DNA from: Armatimonadota bacterium
GTDB lineage: Bacteria > Armatimonadota > UBA5829 > DTLH01
NCBI GenBank assembly: GCA_038207085.1
Contig: JBBRAE010000006.1
Span: forward strand, 65,818-129,817
Length of the DNA: 64,000 bases
Direction of reading: 5' to 3'
Of this stretch, positions 19,715 through 28,558 are shown in pieces. A program made the position numbers and the translations under genes. The notes under the pieces were generated by a model. The model had not been told where the DNA came from. It did no database searches and saw nothing but the letters and a program-made list of their open reading frames with translations. How positions within the stretch are numbered: the first letter of the stretch is position 1; every line of letters begins with the position of its first letter.

Positions 19715-21013
19715 TCAGCCTCTCTCGTCTATCACTCTTTTGGCTTTGCCCTCGCTTACCGGAAGACTCCCCGGCTCGAGAACATCGACCATCACCGTGA
19801 AACCGGCGGCTTCCTTGAGCTGCTTCTGAAGCTCGGCGCGCTGGATCTTGACTGTTGCGATCGTTCCGTCGAAGGCTTCTTTCGCCATCTCGACGCGCAC
19901 CGTCATCTGGTCTAGCGACTCCCTGGTCGACAGATGGATCACGTAGTTGCCTCCGACCCAGTCGTGGCGCATGATCACTTCTTCGATCTGTTTTGGGAAG
20001 ACATTGACGCCGCGCACGATCAGCATGTCGTCGGAGCGTCCCACCATTCGGGCGAGCCTTGCGTGCTTGCGCCCACATGGGCAGTCCTCGGTTATGAGGC
20101 GCGTCAGGTCGCGGGTGCGGTAGCGGATGATCGGCATCGCGGTGCGCCTGAGCGTCGTCATGACAAGCTCGCCGACCTCGCCTTCGCCCACGGGCTCTAG
20201 CGTGTCGGGGTTCAAAATCTCGACGATATAGGAGTCTTCCCAGACGTGCATACCGTTTTGTTCGGTGCACTCAAACGCGACTCCAGGGCCGTTCATCTCG
20301 GTCAGACCGTAGCTGTTGAATACTTTGAAGCCGTAGAGGTCCTGGAGCTTTTTGCGCATCTCTTCTGTATAGGGTTCAGCGCCGAGTGCGGCGATCTTCA
20401 GACCAAGGGATTTGGGGTCGTCGCCCTCCTGGAGCATCCGCTCGGCCACATGCATCGCATAGCTCGGGGTGGCGTGGATGACGGTCGTGTGGAAGTCTCG
20501 AATTAGCATGATGTGCCGCGCGGTGTTCCCGGCCCCCGCGGGGATGACCCACATTCCCAGGCGCTCGGCTCCGTAGTGCAGGCCAAGCCCTCCGGTGAAG
20601 AGGCCGTAGCCGGACATGTTCTGGAACACGTCGCTCGCGGTCGCTCCGGCCATTCCAAGACACCTGGCCATAAGCTCGGCCCAGTTGTCTACGTCTTCTT
20701 TTGTGTGGAACACGGCGATCGGGCGGCCTGTGGTGCCTGAGGAGGTGTGCATTCGGATCACCTCGCTTGGGTCGACTGTGAGCATCTGCCGGGGATAGCT
20801 CTCTCTCAGTTCTTCCTTGGAGGTGAGCGGAAGCGTGGTGATGTCGTCTCGGCTTGTGATATCGCCGGGTTCGACGCCCTTTTCTTTAAACTTAGCCGAA
20901 TACCACGGCGACTTCGCCGCCTGCGCGACTGTCCGCTGGAGCAGTTCAGCCTGGAGCGACGCGATCTCGTCGCGGCTCATCCACTCGTAACAGCTGCCGA
21001 CTCTATCGTTCAT
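19715..21013 (-). CDS. paaK: phenylacetate--CoA ligase
   Basis: A 432-aa PaaK-family adenylate-forming enzyme. Motifs include TSGTTGRP, GYGLFTGGLGLHYGAERLGM and IPAGAGNT. Confidence 0.85.
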   Translation of the reverse strand: MNDRVGSCYEWMSRDEIASLQAELLQRTVAQAAKSPWYSAKFKEKGVEPGDITSRDDITTLPLTSKEELRESYPRQMLTVDPSEVIRMHTSSGTTGRPIAVFHTKEDVDNWAELMARCLGMAGATASDVFQNMSGYGLFTGGLGLHYGAERLGMWVIPAGAGNTARHIMLIRDFHTTVIHATPSYAMHVAERMLQEGDDPKSLGLKIAALGAEPYTEEMRKKLQDLYGFKVFNSYGLTEMNGPGVAFECTEQNGMHVWEDSYIVEILNPDTLEPVGEGEVGELVMTTLRRTAMPIIRYRTRDLTRLITEDCPCGRKHARLARMVGRSDDMLIVRGVNVFPKQIEEVIMRHDWVGGNYVIHLSTRESLDQMTVRVEMAKEAFDGTIATVKIQRAELQKQLKEAAGFTVMVDVLEPGSLPVSEGKAKRVIDERG

Positions 21014-21429
21014 CTCTGACCTCTGTCTTTTCTGTTGGTGACACTTCTTTTTACTGTTCCACGAACGGTGACGGTTTCCCTTCTTTTTTGGAGCGGGGGG
21101 CAGGGGTAGTCGCTAGTCGTCAGTTGCTAGTTGCTAGATTGGGACTGGCGAGGGTTGGGAGACTGGTGGTCACTCACCCACGTTGAGCCGGATTTGCAAT
21201 CTGGGCCCGGCTGGCAAGCAAGGGATCTGTGATCCCGCTTATTCGGCTCTGTCAAATCTACCGGCATCACAGATGCCTATCCGGCCCAGACGTCCCGGAT
21301 AACATATCCGGACGAACGAGAGGGGACCCCGTCCCCGAAACCTATCTCCCGACAAGAGGCAAAGCCTATCGCCATTTCCACCTATCCCATCATTATTCAT
21401 AATATATTTCGCATAGCCCCCAAACTGCC

Positions 21430-21445
21430 TGGCACGGTAATTGCT
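21430..21445 (+). promoter_or_regulatory. sigma-54-type -24/-12 promoter element upstream of flgB
   Basis: tGGcacggtaatTGCt is an exact match to TGGCACG-N4-TTGCW. It lies 120 nt upstream of the flgB ATG, and near-identical copies occur at 33041 and 39008. Confidence 0.6.
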
Positions 21446-21565
21446 GTAATAGACTCGCAAAACTACGGGATCGCCAATGATGCTTCTCGCGGTGCAAAAC
21501 CCGCACCGCTGTCAGCATCATTGCGATGAGAATGTAAATGGCACAAACCGCCATTTACAAGGGAG

Positions 21566-21961
21566 GTGGTTGAGATGGTTCGCGATTTTCTTATGGATGT
21601 GACTTCGGCGGCGATTACGAAGAGCTTGGACTGCGCCGGGATCAGGCACAGGGTCATCGCCGACAATCTTGCCAACGTCGAGACTCCGGGGTTCAAACGC
21701 TCGGACGTTTCGTTTGAAAGTCAGCTTGAGCTTGCGCTCAAGGGTGGGGACGACGATTCCACGGTCGACCGCATCAAGAATATCGAGCCTGGGATCGAAG
21801 AGGATTCCGTCTCACCGGGCAGGCTGGACGGTAACAACGTCTCGGTCGATAAAGAGATGGCGGGGATGGCGAAAAATACCCTCCAATACGAAGCGCTCGT
21901 GCAGCTTATGAACCTCCGGGGTTCGATGATGCGGGCGGCTATTTACGAAGGGAAGAAATAG
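21566..21961 (+). CDS. flgB: flagellar basal-body rod protein FlgB
   Basis: DNLANVETPGFKRSDVSFE rod-protein N-terminal motif. It is the first gene of the flgB-flgC-fliE series. Confidence 0.9.
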   Translation: MVEMVRDFLMDVTSAAITKSLDCAGIRHRVIADNLANVETPGFKRSDVSFESQLELALKGGDDDSTVDRIKNIEPGIEEDSVSPGRLDGNNVSVDKEMAGMAKNTLQYEALVQLMNLRGSMMRAAIYEGKK

Positions 21962-21964
21962 TAG

Positions 21965-22375
21965 ATGAGTAATTTCTCCTCTATTGATATCAGCGCATCG
22001 GGGCTTTTTGCCCAGCGAGTGAGGCTTGACGCTATTGCGAACAACATCGCAAACGTCAACACCACCCGCACCGACAAAGGCGGACCCTACAAACGCCAGC
22101 AGGTCGCCTTTAGCGCCCACGCAGGAGCTTTTGACCCGGCAAACGCAGGGGTCAAGGTCGACGAGATCGTCGAGAGCAAGGACGCACCGAAAGTGGTGCA
22201 TAACCCCTCGCATCCGGACGCAGACCGGGACGGAAACGTCCAGATGCCCAACATCAACACGGTCGAAGAGATGGTCGATATGATCACCGCGACCCGGGCC
22301 TACGAGGCGAACGTTCAGGCGATTGCAGCGGCAAAGACGATGCACAACAAAGCGCTTGAGATCGGAAGGGGCTAG
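21965..22375 (+). CDS. flgC: flagellar basal-body rod protein FlgC
   Basis: ANNIANVNTTRT N-terminus and the C-terminal VEEMVDMITATRAYEANVQA motif. Confidence 0.9.
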   Translation: MSNFSSIDISASGLFAQRVRLDAIANNIANVNTTRTDKGGPYKRQQVAFSAHAGAFDPANAGVKVDEIVESKDAPKVVHNPSHPDADRDGNVQMPNINTVEEMVDMITATRAYEANVQAIAAAKTMHNKALEIGRG

Positions 22376-22379
22376 TTAG

Positions 22380-22664
22380 ATGAACATCCAGGGAATCGGA
22401 GCTAAGCTCCCGGCGCAGCCGACGGTCAAGATAGAAAAGCCCGGAGGCGACTTTGGTTCGACGATCAAAGACGCGATCAACGATGTCAACAAAATGCAGG
22501 GCGACGCGGATCAGCTCGCAACCCGGCTCGCGACAGGCGACGCGGTGGAGGTCCACCAGGCCATGATCGCGATGCAAAAGGCGAGCCAGGCGCTCGGCCT
22601 TACTATTCAGGTTCGCAACAAGGTCATAGAGGCCTATCAGGAGATTATGAGAACGCAGGTGTAG
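22380..22664 (+). CDS. fliE: flagellar hook-basal body protein FliE
   Basis: 94-aa product with the C-terminal VHQAMIAMQKASQALGLTIQVRNKVIEAYQEIM FliE signature. Confidence 0.85.
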   Translation: MNIQGIGAKLPAQPTVKIEKPGGDFGSTIKDAINDVNKMQGDADQLATRLATGDAVEVHQAMIAMQKASQALGLTIQVRNKVIEAYQEIMRTQV

Positions 22665-22734
22665 GGAGAGTCGACAGTGGCTAGTTGCTAGTCGCCAGTA
22701 GAACCCAGCCAGAACAACACTTTGAGGACTTTGT

Positions 22735-24294
22735 ATGGACTTTTCTAAATTTGGACCACTACAGTCGATAGCTAAGTTTATTTCGCAGCTTACAGGGACG
22801 CAGAAGTTTATCACTGCGCTTTTTGTGGCTACGAGCGTGGTTTTGCTCGTGGTTGTCTCTATGGTTGCGACCAGGCCCAAGATGACGGTGCTCTTCTCTG
22901 GACTTCAGGGCGGGGACGCCGGGGCGATCATCGCCAAGCTCGAAGAGCAGAAGGTGGCGCATGAGATCGACGGAAACACGATCAAGGTGCCTGAGGCGCT
23001 CGTCGCCAAGACCCGTATGGAGCTTGCAAGCCAGGGGCTGCCTCAGAGCGGCAGCACTGGGTTTGAGATATTCGACAAGGGCAACCAGTTCGGTATGACC
23101 GAGTTCAGCCAGAACTTGAACTACCAAAGGGCGCTTCAGGGCGAGCTGCAGAGGTCGATCGAAGGTATCGATTCTGTCGTGCAGTCCAGAGTGCTTTTGG
23201 CTATCCCCAAACAAGAGGTTTTTGACGACGGCAAGAAGAATCCGACCGCCTCGGTGCATTTGAAGCTTCGGCCCGGCGCACAGTTGTCAAGCGATCAGGT
23301 GGCGGGAATCGTTCACCTCGTGAGCTCCGCAGTCGAGGGGATGGAGCCTAACGGCGTAACAGTGGTAGACACCGCAGGAAACCTGCTTTCTCAGGCAGTT
23401 GATAGCTCGACAGGGGTTGACCCGAGGATGACTTCCTCCCAGCTCAAACTCAAGAGTGACTATGAGCACGAGGTTGAGCGAAGCATCCAGACGATGCTGG
23501 AGCGGGTGCTTGGCCCCAACAAGGCGATTGTCAGAGTCTGCGCGGAGGTCGACTTTGACCGTCGTGAGACGGATCGAGAGACCTATCAGCCGGTTGGTGA
23601 TCGTGGGCAGGGGGTCATCACGAGCGAAGAGAGGACCGAGGAAAGCTACGGAGGCGCAGGGGGAGCGCCTGGGCGGACCGGGGGAGTTGTCGGGATCGCA
23701 GCCAACACCGGGTCCGGTCGCAGGACTACAACCGCTGGCGCTCAGAACGGCTACCGCAGGGTTGAGTCGAGCGCGAAGTATCAAGTTTCAAAGACAGTTG
23801 AGCACGTAGTGAGCGCTCCTGGCAAGGTCGGAAGTATCTCGGTTGCGGTTATGGTCGACGGCAAAGTCGACTCGGCCAAGGTCACATCCATTCAGAACGT
23901 TGTCGCGACGGCGGCGGGGATAGATACCGAGCGCGGCGACAAGGTGACCGTCGAGAGTATGGCCTTTGATGACTCGACCTTCAAGAAAGAAGAGAAAGAG
24001 CTTGCGGCGGTCGCTTCCAAGTCGTCATATCTTTCGATGGGCAAGAGCGCACTTGGCGTGATTCTATTGCTCGGGTTTTTGTTCTTCCTCAAGGGGATGT
24101 TCAAGAACGTTGGGTTTGCATCGGGAGTCGGGAGTAGTCAGACTACGGTGACGGAGATCGCGGCGAGCCCGGCGAGTATCGTTCAGGGCTACGACAGCAC
24201 TTCACGCGGGATTGGCGGATCGGGGATGCCCGCGCCTCCTCAGGCCGCGCCCGAAGACGTGGCGATGGCGCTTCGCAAATGGATGTCGGAATAG
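22735..24294 (+). CDS. fliF: flagellar MS-ring protein FliF
   Basis: 519-aa product with an N-terminal TM segment followed by LFSGLQGGDAGAIIAKLEEQKVAHEIDGNTIKVPEA, then a second TM near the C-terminus. Confidence 0.9.
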   Translation: MDFSKFGPLQSIAKFISQLTGTQKFITALFVATSVVLLVVVSMVATRPKMTVLFSGLQGGDAGAIIAKLEEQKVAHEIDGNTIKVPEALVAKTRMELASQGLPQSGSTGFEIFDKGNQFGMTEFSQNLNYQRALQGELQRSIEGIDSVVQSRVLLAIPKQEVFDDGKKNPTASVHLKLRPGAQLSSDQVAGIVHLVSSAVEGMEPNGVTVVDTAGNLLSQAVDSSTGVDPRMTSSQLKLKSDYEHEVERSIQTMLERVLGPNKAIVRVCAEVDFDRRETDRETYQPVGDRGQGVITSEERTEESYGGAGGAPGRTGGVVGIAANTGSGRRTTTAGAQNGYRRVESSAKYQVSKTVEHVVSAPGKVGSISVAVMVDGKVDSAKVTSIQNVVATAAGIDTERGDKVTVESMAFDDSTFKKEEKELAAVASKSSYLSMGKSALGVILLLGFLFFLKGMFKNVGFASGVGSSQTTVTEIAASPASIVQGYDSTSRGIGGSGMPAPPQAAPEDVAMALRKWMSE

Positions 24295-24331
24295 TTGGCT
24301 GCCAGTTGCTGATAGTAAGTAGAGGATTTTA

Positions 24332-25477
24332 ATGTCAGGACAGGATGGGTTTGATCTTAGCGGCCTCGAAAAGGCCTGCATACTGCTGATGTCCTACGGG
24401 ACAACTGTGGCGGCGGAGGTGTTCAAGCACCTGACCGAGCCTGAGATCGAGCAGATTTCAGGCGCGATTGTCAGGATGCAGAACGTCGATGCGACCTTGA
24501 TGGGGTCGGTGCTCTCAGAGTTCGATTCGATAACATCAGGGGCAAGCGGCAGCGTGAGCGGCAAGAACTTCGCCGCGCAGGTGCTCGAACAGGCGATGGG
24601 CTCGGAGAAAGCAAGCCAGATGCTCGATCGCGCAAATACGCCGGGCAAGGGACGGCCGTTTGGGTCGCTCTGGGACTTGAACCCGACTCAGTTCTCTCGG
24701 GTATTAAGCGACGAGCACCCCCAGATCGCGGCGCTCGTGCTCACATACCTGCCCGCGGCCAAGTCGGCGGCTGTTCTGGCTGAACTTGAGCCAGGACTGC
24801 AGGCGGAGGTTGCCCACAGGATATGCACGCTTGAAGAGGCCGATCCGGAAGTCCTGGTGGCGATCGAAGAGACGCTTCAGGCGAAGCTAAACGCCACCTC
24901 TACCCAGCAGACGGCGTCGGGCGGCCCGAAGACGCTCGTTGACATTTTGAACAACGCAGAGCGTGCGACCGAACAGAACATCCTGAACTCGCTTGCCGAA
25001 AACGACCCCGAGGTCGGCGAGCAGGTGCGGGATCTTATGTTTACTTTTGAAGACCTTCCCAAGCTTGAGGATCGAACTGTTCAGCTCGTTCTAAGGGAAG
25101 TCGATCAGGAGGATCTGCGGCTTGCTCTGAAGGGCGCGAGCGATGAGATTCAGCAGCTTGTATTCAAAAACATGTCCGAGCGTGCGGCTGAAATGCTCCG
25201 CGAAGACCTGGAGCTTGTAGGAAACGCGCGGCAGAAGGATGTCGAGACGTCACAGCAGAAGCTAGTGCTCGTCGTCCGAAGGCTGATTGCAACCGGTGAG
25301 GCGTCGCTCAAAGAAGAAGGCGCGGAGACCAAAACAAGCGAAGAAGACGAACTTGCAGGGTGGGGCGAGCTTGGTGACTTTGCTATGGCCGCCGAAGCCG
25401 CTGAGTCGGGGGAAACCTCGGAAGGAGCAGGAGAGACTGATGAGCAGCCTGATCAAGAAGTCGACCTTGCTGCCTAG
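24332..25477 (+). CDS. fliG: flagellar motor switch protein FliG, with an acidic C-terminal extension of about 50 aa
   Basis: GLEKACILLMSYG...AAEVFKHLTEPEIEQI N-terminus plus the C-terminal torque helix region. Length is 381 aa, ending in a Glu/Asp-rich tail. Confidence 0.9.
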   Translation: MSGQDGFDLSGLEKACILLMSYGTTVAAEVFKHLTEPEIEQISGAIVRMQNVDATLMGSVLSEFDSITSGASGSVSGKNFAAQVLEQAMGSEKASQMLDRANTPGKGRPFGSLWDLNPTQFSRVLSDEHPQIAALVLTYLPAAKSAAVLAELEPGLQAEVAHRICTLEEADPEVLVAIEETLQAKLNATSTQQTASGGPKTLVDILNNAERATEQNILNSLAENDPEVGEQVRDLMFTFEDLPKLEDRTVQLVLREVDQEDLRLALKGASDEIQQLVFKNMSERAAEMLREDLELVGNARQKDVETSQQKLVLVVRRLIATGEASLKEEGAETKTSEEDELAGWGELGDFAMAAEAAESGETSEGAGETDEQPDQEVDLAA

Positions 25478-26144
25478 TGGAGTGGCGGTCGGCGAGTGCC
25501 TGATCGACCCTTCACGAGCAAGAGTGAGAATAGAGAGTTCGAGGCTGTCATCGTCCACCTCACCTGAGGCGCAGGCGATTATGATTGTCGAGACTGCGCG
25601 TCAGCAGGCGGCGGCGATCATCTCTGAGGCAAGTGAGCAGGCAGAAACAATTCGTGCTGAAGCGGCGAGCCAGGGTTACGATGCCGGGCTCGTTGAGCTT
25701 GAGGCTGAGCGGCGCGTGATCGCCGAGAAGATGGCGGGTTTGGAGGGTGAGATTGCCCGGGAGCTTGATGCGTTCTGGGCCAAAACCGAGCCTGAGGTGC
25801 TTGGGCTTGCGCTTGAGATCGCAAAAAAGGTCGTCAAGCGCGAGATCGAGCAGACCCCTGAGTTTATCCTGGGGATGGTGCGCGCGGCAATTCGGCAGCT
25901 TCGGGACAGAGCAGATTTGAAGATACGAGTGAACCCGAATGATTACACCGTTGTGCGGGAGCGAAAAGAAGAGATTATGAGCTCGTGTGACGGGATCAGA
26001 AACATCGAGGTTATCGAGGACAGGCGCGTCGGCGACGGCGGATGCCTGATCGAGTCAGCCGGTGGGACGCTCGACGCGCGGGTCGAGGCGCAGTTTAGTG
26101 AAGTTGAACGAGCTCTATTGGAGGCGGCGGACAGTGCCAGTTGA
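25440..26144 (+). CDS. fliH: flagellar assembly protein FliH
   Basis: FliH/ATP-synthase b/delta-like coiled coil (AQAIMIVETARQQAAAIISEASEQAE...) and C-terminal domain. Start is placed at MSSLIKK, overlapping the fliG 3' end. The longer basic N-terminal ORF extension starting at 25287 was rejected. Confidence 0.75.
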   Translation: MSSLIKKSTLLPSGVAVGECLIDPSRARVRIESSRLSSSTSPEAQAIMIVETARQQAAAIISEASEQAETIRAEAASQGYDAGLVELEAERRVIAEKMAGLEGEIARELDAFWAKTEPEVLGLALEIAKKVVKREIEQTPEFILGMVRAAIRQLRDRADLKIRVNPNDYTVVRERKEEIMSSCDGIRNIEVIEDRRVGDGGCLIESAGGTLDARVEAQFSEVERALLEAADSAS

Positions 26145-26145
26145 G

Positions 26146-27471
26146 ATGCGACGACCTAGTCTTGAGAGATACCTGCCGATAGTCGAGCGCCTTAGCCCGA
26201 TCAAGTTGATCGGCAAGGTCTCGCACGTGGTCGGGGTAGTGGTGGAAAGCCGCGGGCCCTCGGCGCACCTGGGTGAGGTCTGTGAGATTCACTGCAAGAG
26301 GAACGTCCCTCCGATTCTCGCTGAAGTCGTCGGGTTTCGTGACAACACCGTGCTTTTGATGGCGCTTGGTGAGATGGACGAAATCGCACCGGAAAGCGAT
26401 GTGGTCGCTACGGGGAGTTCGCTCAAAGTCGGCGTCGGGCCGGGACTTCTTGGCCGGGTGATCGACGGGCTCGGGCGACCGATAGACGGCCTTGGGCCGA
26501 TCGACTACGAGTGCCAGACGCTTGTCAGCCGGACACCTCCGGCTCCGATGGACCGGCGAAGGATCACCGAGCCGCTTGCGATGGGAGTCCGGGCGATCGA
26601 TGCGGCGCTTACCTGCGGCAAAGGCCAGAGGGTTGGTATTTTCGCCGGCAGCGGGGTCGGGAAAAGCACGCTTCTTGGTATGATCGCGCGGAACACGGCA
26701 GCTGACGTGAACGTGATTGCGCTCATTGGTGAGCGTGGCCGCGAGGTTCGGGACTTTATAGAAAAAGATTTGGGGCCGGAAGGCCTTGCGCGCTCGGTTG
26801 TGGTCGTGGCGACATCGGACCAGGTCGCAGTGGCCCGGCTTCGAGGGGCGATGGTCGCGACTTCGATCGCGGAGTATTTCAGGGACCAGGGCGCGGACGT
26901 TATGCTGATGATGGACTCGGTTACACGAGTCGCATGGGCTCAGCGGGAGATGGGGCTTGCCGTCGGTGAACCGCCTACGACCAGGGGATACACCCCCTCG
27001 GTCTTCGCGATGCTTCCAAGGCTCCTTGAGCGGGCGGGAACATCGTCCAAGGGCTCGATTACGGGGCTTTACACAGTTTTGGTAGACGGAGACGATATGA
27101 ACGAGCCGGTCGCGGACGCTGTGCGAAGTATCCTCGACGGGCACATCGTGCTCTCTCGCGAACTCGCGCACAGGAACCATTATCCGGCGATCGACATCCT
27201 TCAGAGCGTCAGCCGACTTATGCCGGAGGTCAGCTCACCTGAGCACAAAGCCGGCGCGTCGGAGCTTAGGGAAGTGCTAGCGACTTACAAGTCGGCGGAA
27301 GATTTGATCAATATCGGCGCTTATGTCGATGGGAGCAACGTGGGGATCGACCACGCGAAAGCGCACATCGAGGCGGTAAACGGGTTCTTAAAGCAGCCTG
27401 TGACCGACCGCGCACCCTTTGAAGAGACTGCTTCAGCGATTGGGTCGCTGTTTGGAGAGCAAAAGCCATGA
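26146..27471 (+). CDS. fliI: flagellum-specific ATP synthase FliI
   Basis: Walker A GSGVGKST and Walker B DSVTR, matching F1/T3SS ATPase homologs. Start MRRPSLERYL lies 1 nt after the fliH stop. Confidence 0.9.
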   Translation: MRRPSLERYLPIVERLSPIKLIGKVSHVVGVVVESRGPSAHLGEVCEIHCKRNVPPILAEVVGFRDNTVLLMALGEMDEIAPESDVVATGSSLKVGVGPGLLGRVIDGLGRPIDGLGPIDYECQTLVSRTPPAPMDRRRITEPLAMGVRAIDAALTCGKGQRVGIFAGSGVGKSTLLGMIARNTAADVNVIALIGERGREVRDFIEKDLGPEGLARSVVVVATSDQVAVARLRGAMVATSIAEYFRDQGADVMLMMDSVTRVAWAQREMGLAVGEPPTTRGYTPSVFAMLPRLLERAGTSSKGSITGLYTVLVDGDDMNEPVADAVRSILDGHIVLSRELAHRNHYPAIDILQSVSRLMPEVSSPEHKAGASELREVLATYKSAEDLINIGAYVDGSNVGIDHAKAHIEAVNGFLKQPVTDRAPFEETASAIGSLFGEQKP

Positions 27472-27923
27472 AGAAGTTTAGTTTCGGGCTGCAGAAGGTG
27501 CTCGATTATCGTCAGACGCTTGAAGATATCAGGCTTGCAGAGCTTGCAGGGCTTCAGGCAGAGCACGAGTGTGAGTCCTCAAGGCTTACGCGCATGACCC
27601 AGGTCCGGGAGGAGTTCAAGTGCCAGATGCGCGAGATGCTCGCCTCAGGCGACCCGGAGTACATCAAGCAGGCGAACGCCTATCTCCATGACCTGACCGA
27701 GCGGGTGCTTCTTCAGAAGGCGAAGCACGACGAGGTCGCCGCGCGCAAAGATGCCAAGACCGATGAAGTGGTCGAAGCCGCCAAAGACCGTAAAGCGCTT
27801 GAACGACTGCGGGAGTACAAGGTTGTCGAGCACAGACACGACGGTTTTCGCGAGGAACAGAAGTTTTTGGACGAGATTGCATCGGTCCGGCACAACAGAA
27901 CGAATGAGGCGAGGGCTTCTTAG
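27468..27923 (+). CDS. fliJ: flagellar export chaperone FliJ
   Basis: 151-aa coiled-coil product (FSFGLQKVLDYRQTLEDIRLAELAGLQ) positioned after fliI. Its ATG overlaps the fliI TGA. Confidence 0.8.
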   Translation: MKKFSFGLQKVLDYRQTLEDIRLAELAGLQAEHECESSRLTRMTQVREEFKCQMREMLASGDPEYIKQANAYLHDLTERVLLQKAKHDEVAARKDAKTDEVVEAAKDRKALERLREYKVVEHRHDGFREEQKFLDEIASVRHNRTNEARAS

Positions 27924-27924
27924 A

Positions 27925-28446
27925 ATGTTTGAGCATCTTCAGGCTGTGCAGGCGAGGATCGCTGAGATCGAGCGCAAGTTCGGTTCGGTGCGCGGGGTAG
28001 TGGAAAGCCCGGGAGCATCGAGCTTCAAGCAGGTGATGAGGCGCACGTGCTCCCCTCCTGCCGCGCCGTGTCCGACCGATCTTGAGCCGGTGATACAGGC
28101 TGCGGCAGCGAAGTACGGAGTCGATGCCGCGGTCGTAAAAGGCGTCATTCAGGCCGAGTCGGGGTTCAACGCGAACGCGGTCTCTCCGGTCGGCGCTCGG
28201 GGACTTATGCAGCTTATGCCGGGGACGGCGCGAGCGCTTGGAGTGGACCCGAGCGATCCCGAGGAGTGCATCGACGGCGGAACGAAATATTTGAAACAGA
28301 TGATCGACCGGTTCGGCAGTCTCGAAAGCGGCCTCGCGGCCTACAACGCGGGCCCTTCGGCGGTGACTCGCTACGGCGGAGTGCCCCCGTACACAGAGAC
28401 GCAGAACTATGTCCGAAAGGTCGTCGGATATATCGATCAGTATTGA
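27925..28446 (+). CDS. flagellar-locus lytic transglycosylase (SLT domain)
   Basis: GVDAAVVKGVIQAESGFNANAVSPVGARGLMQLMPGTA is the SLT catalytic motif (ES...GLMQ). The start is ambiguous between 27904 and 27925. Confidence 0.75.
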   Translation: MFEHLQAVQARIAEIERKFGSVRGVVESPGASSFKQVMRRTCSPPAAPCPTDLEPVIQAAAAKYGVDAAVVKGVIQAESGFNANAVSPVGARGLMQLMPGTARALGVDPSDPEECIDGGTKYLKQMIDRFGSLESGLAAYNAGPSAVTRYGGVPPYTETQNYVRKVVGYIDQY

Positions 28447-28558
28447 TCGTAAAAGAGTCAGGCTGTGGTAGATAGACAGAGCTGGGCGGCGGTCTACTTA
28501 CCACAGCCTCTCAAACCAGAAAAGGAGGTGCGTTAACATAGCACAAATCACTAACCTG

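Noticed and set aside
19710-20270. 325-aa version of the ACT protein ORF with a long Arg-rich N-terminus.
   Set aside because: The N-terminal 187 residues are an antisense artefact overlapping paaK. The ACT protein starts at MYNEIRVF immediately after the paaK stop.
25287-25439. Longer fliH start giving a basic N-terminal extension (MQPVRRRSKKKARRPKQAKK...).
   Set aside because: This is the alternate-frame read-through of the fliG acidic tail. MSSLIKK at 25440 with an upstream GGAAGGAG is the conventional overlapping start.
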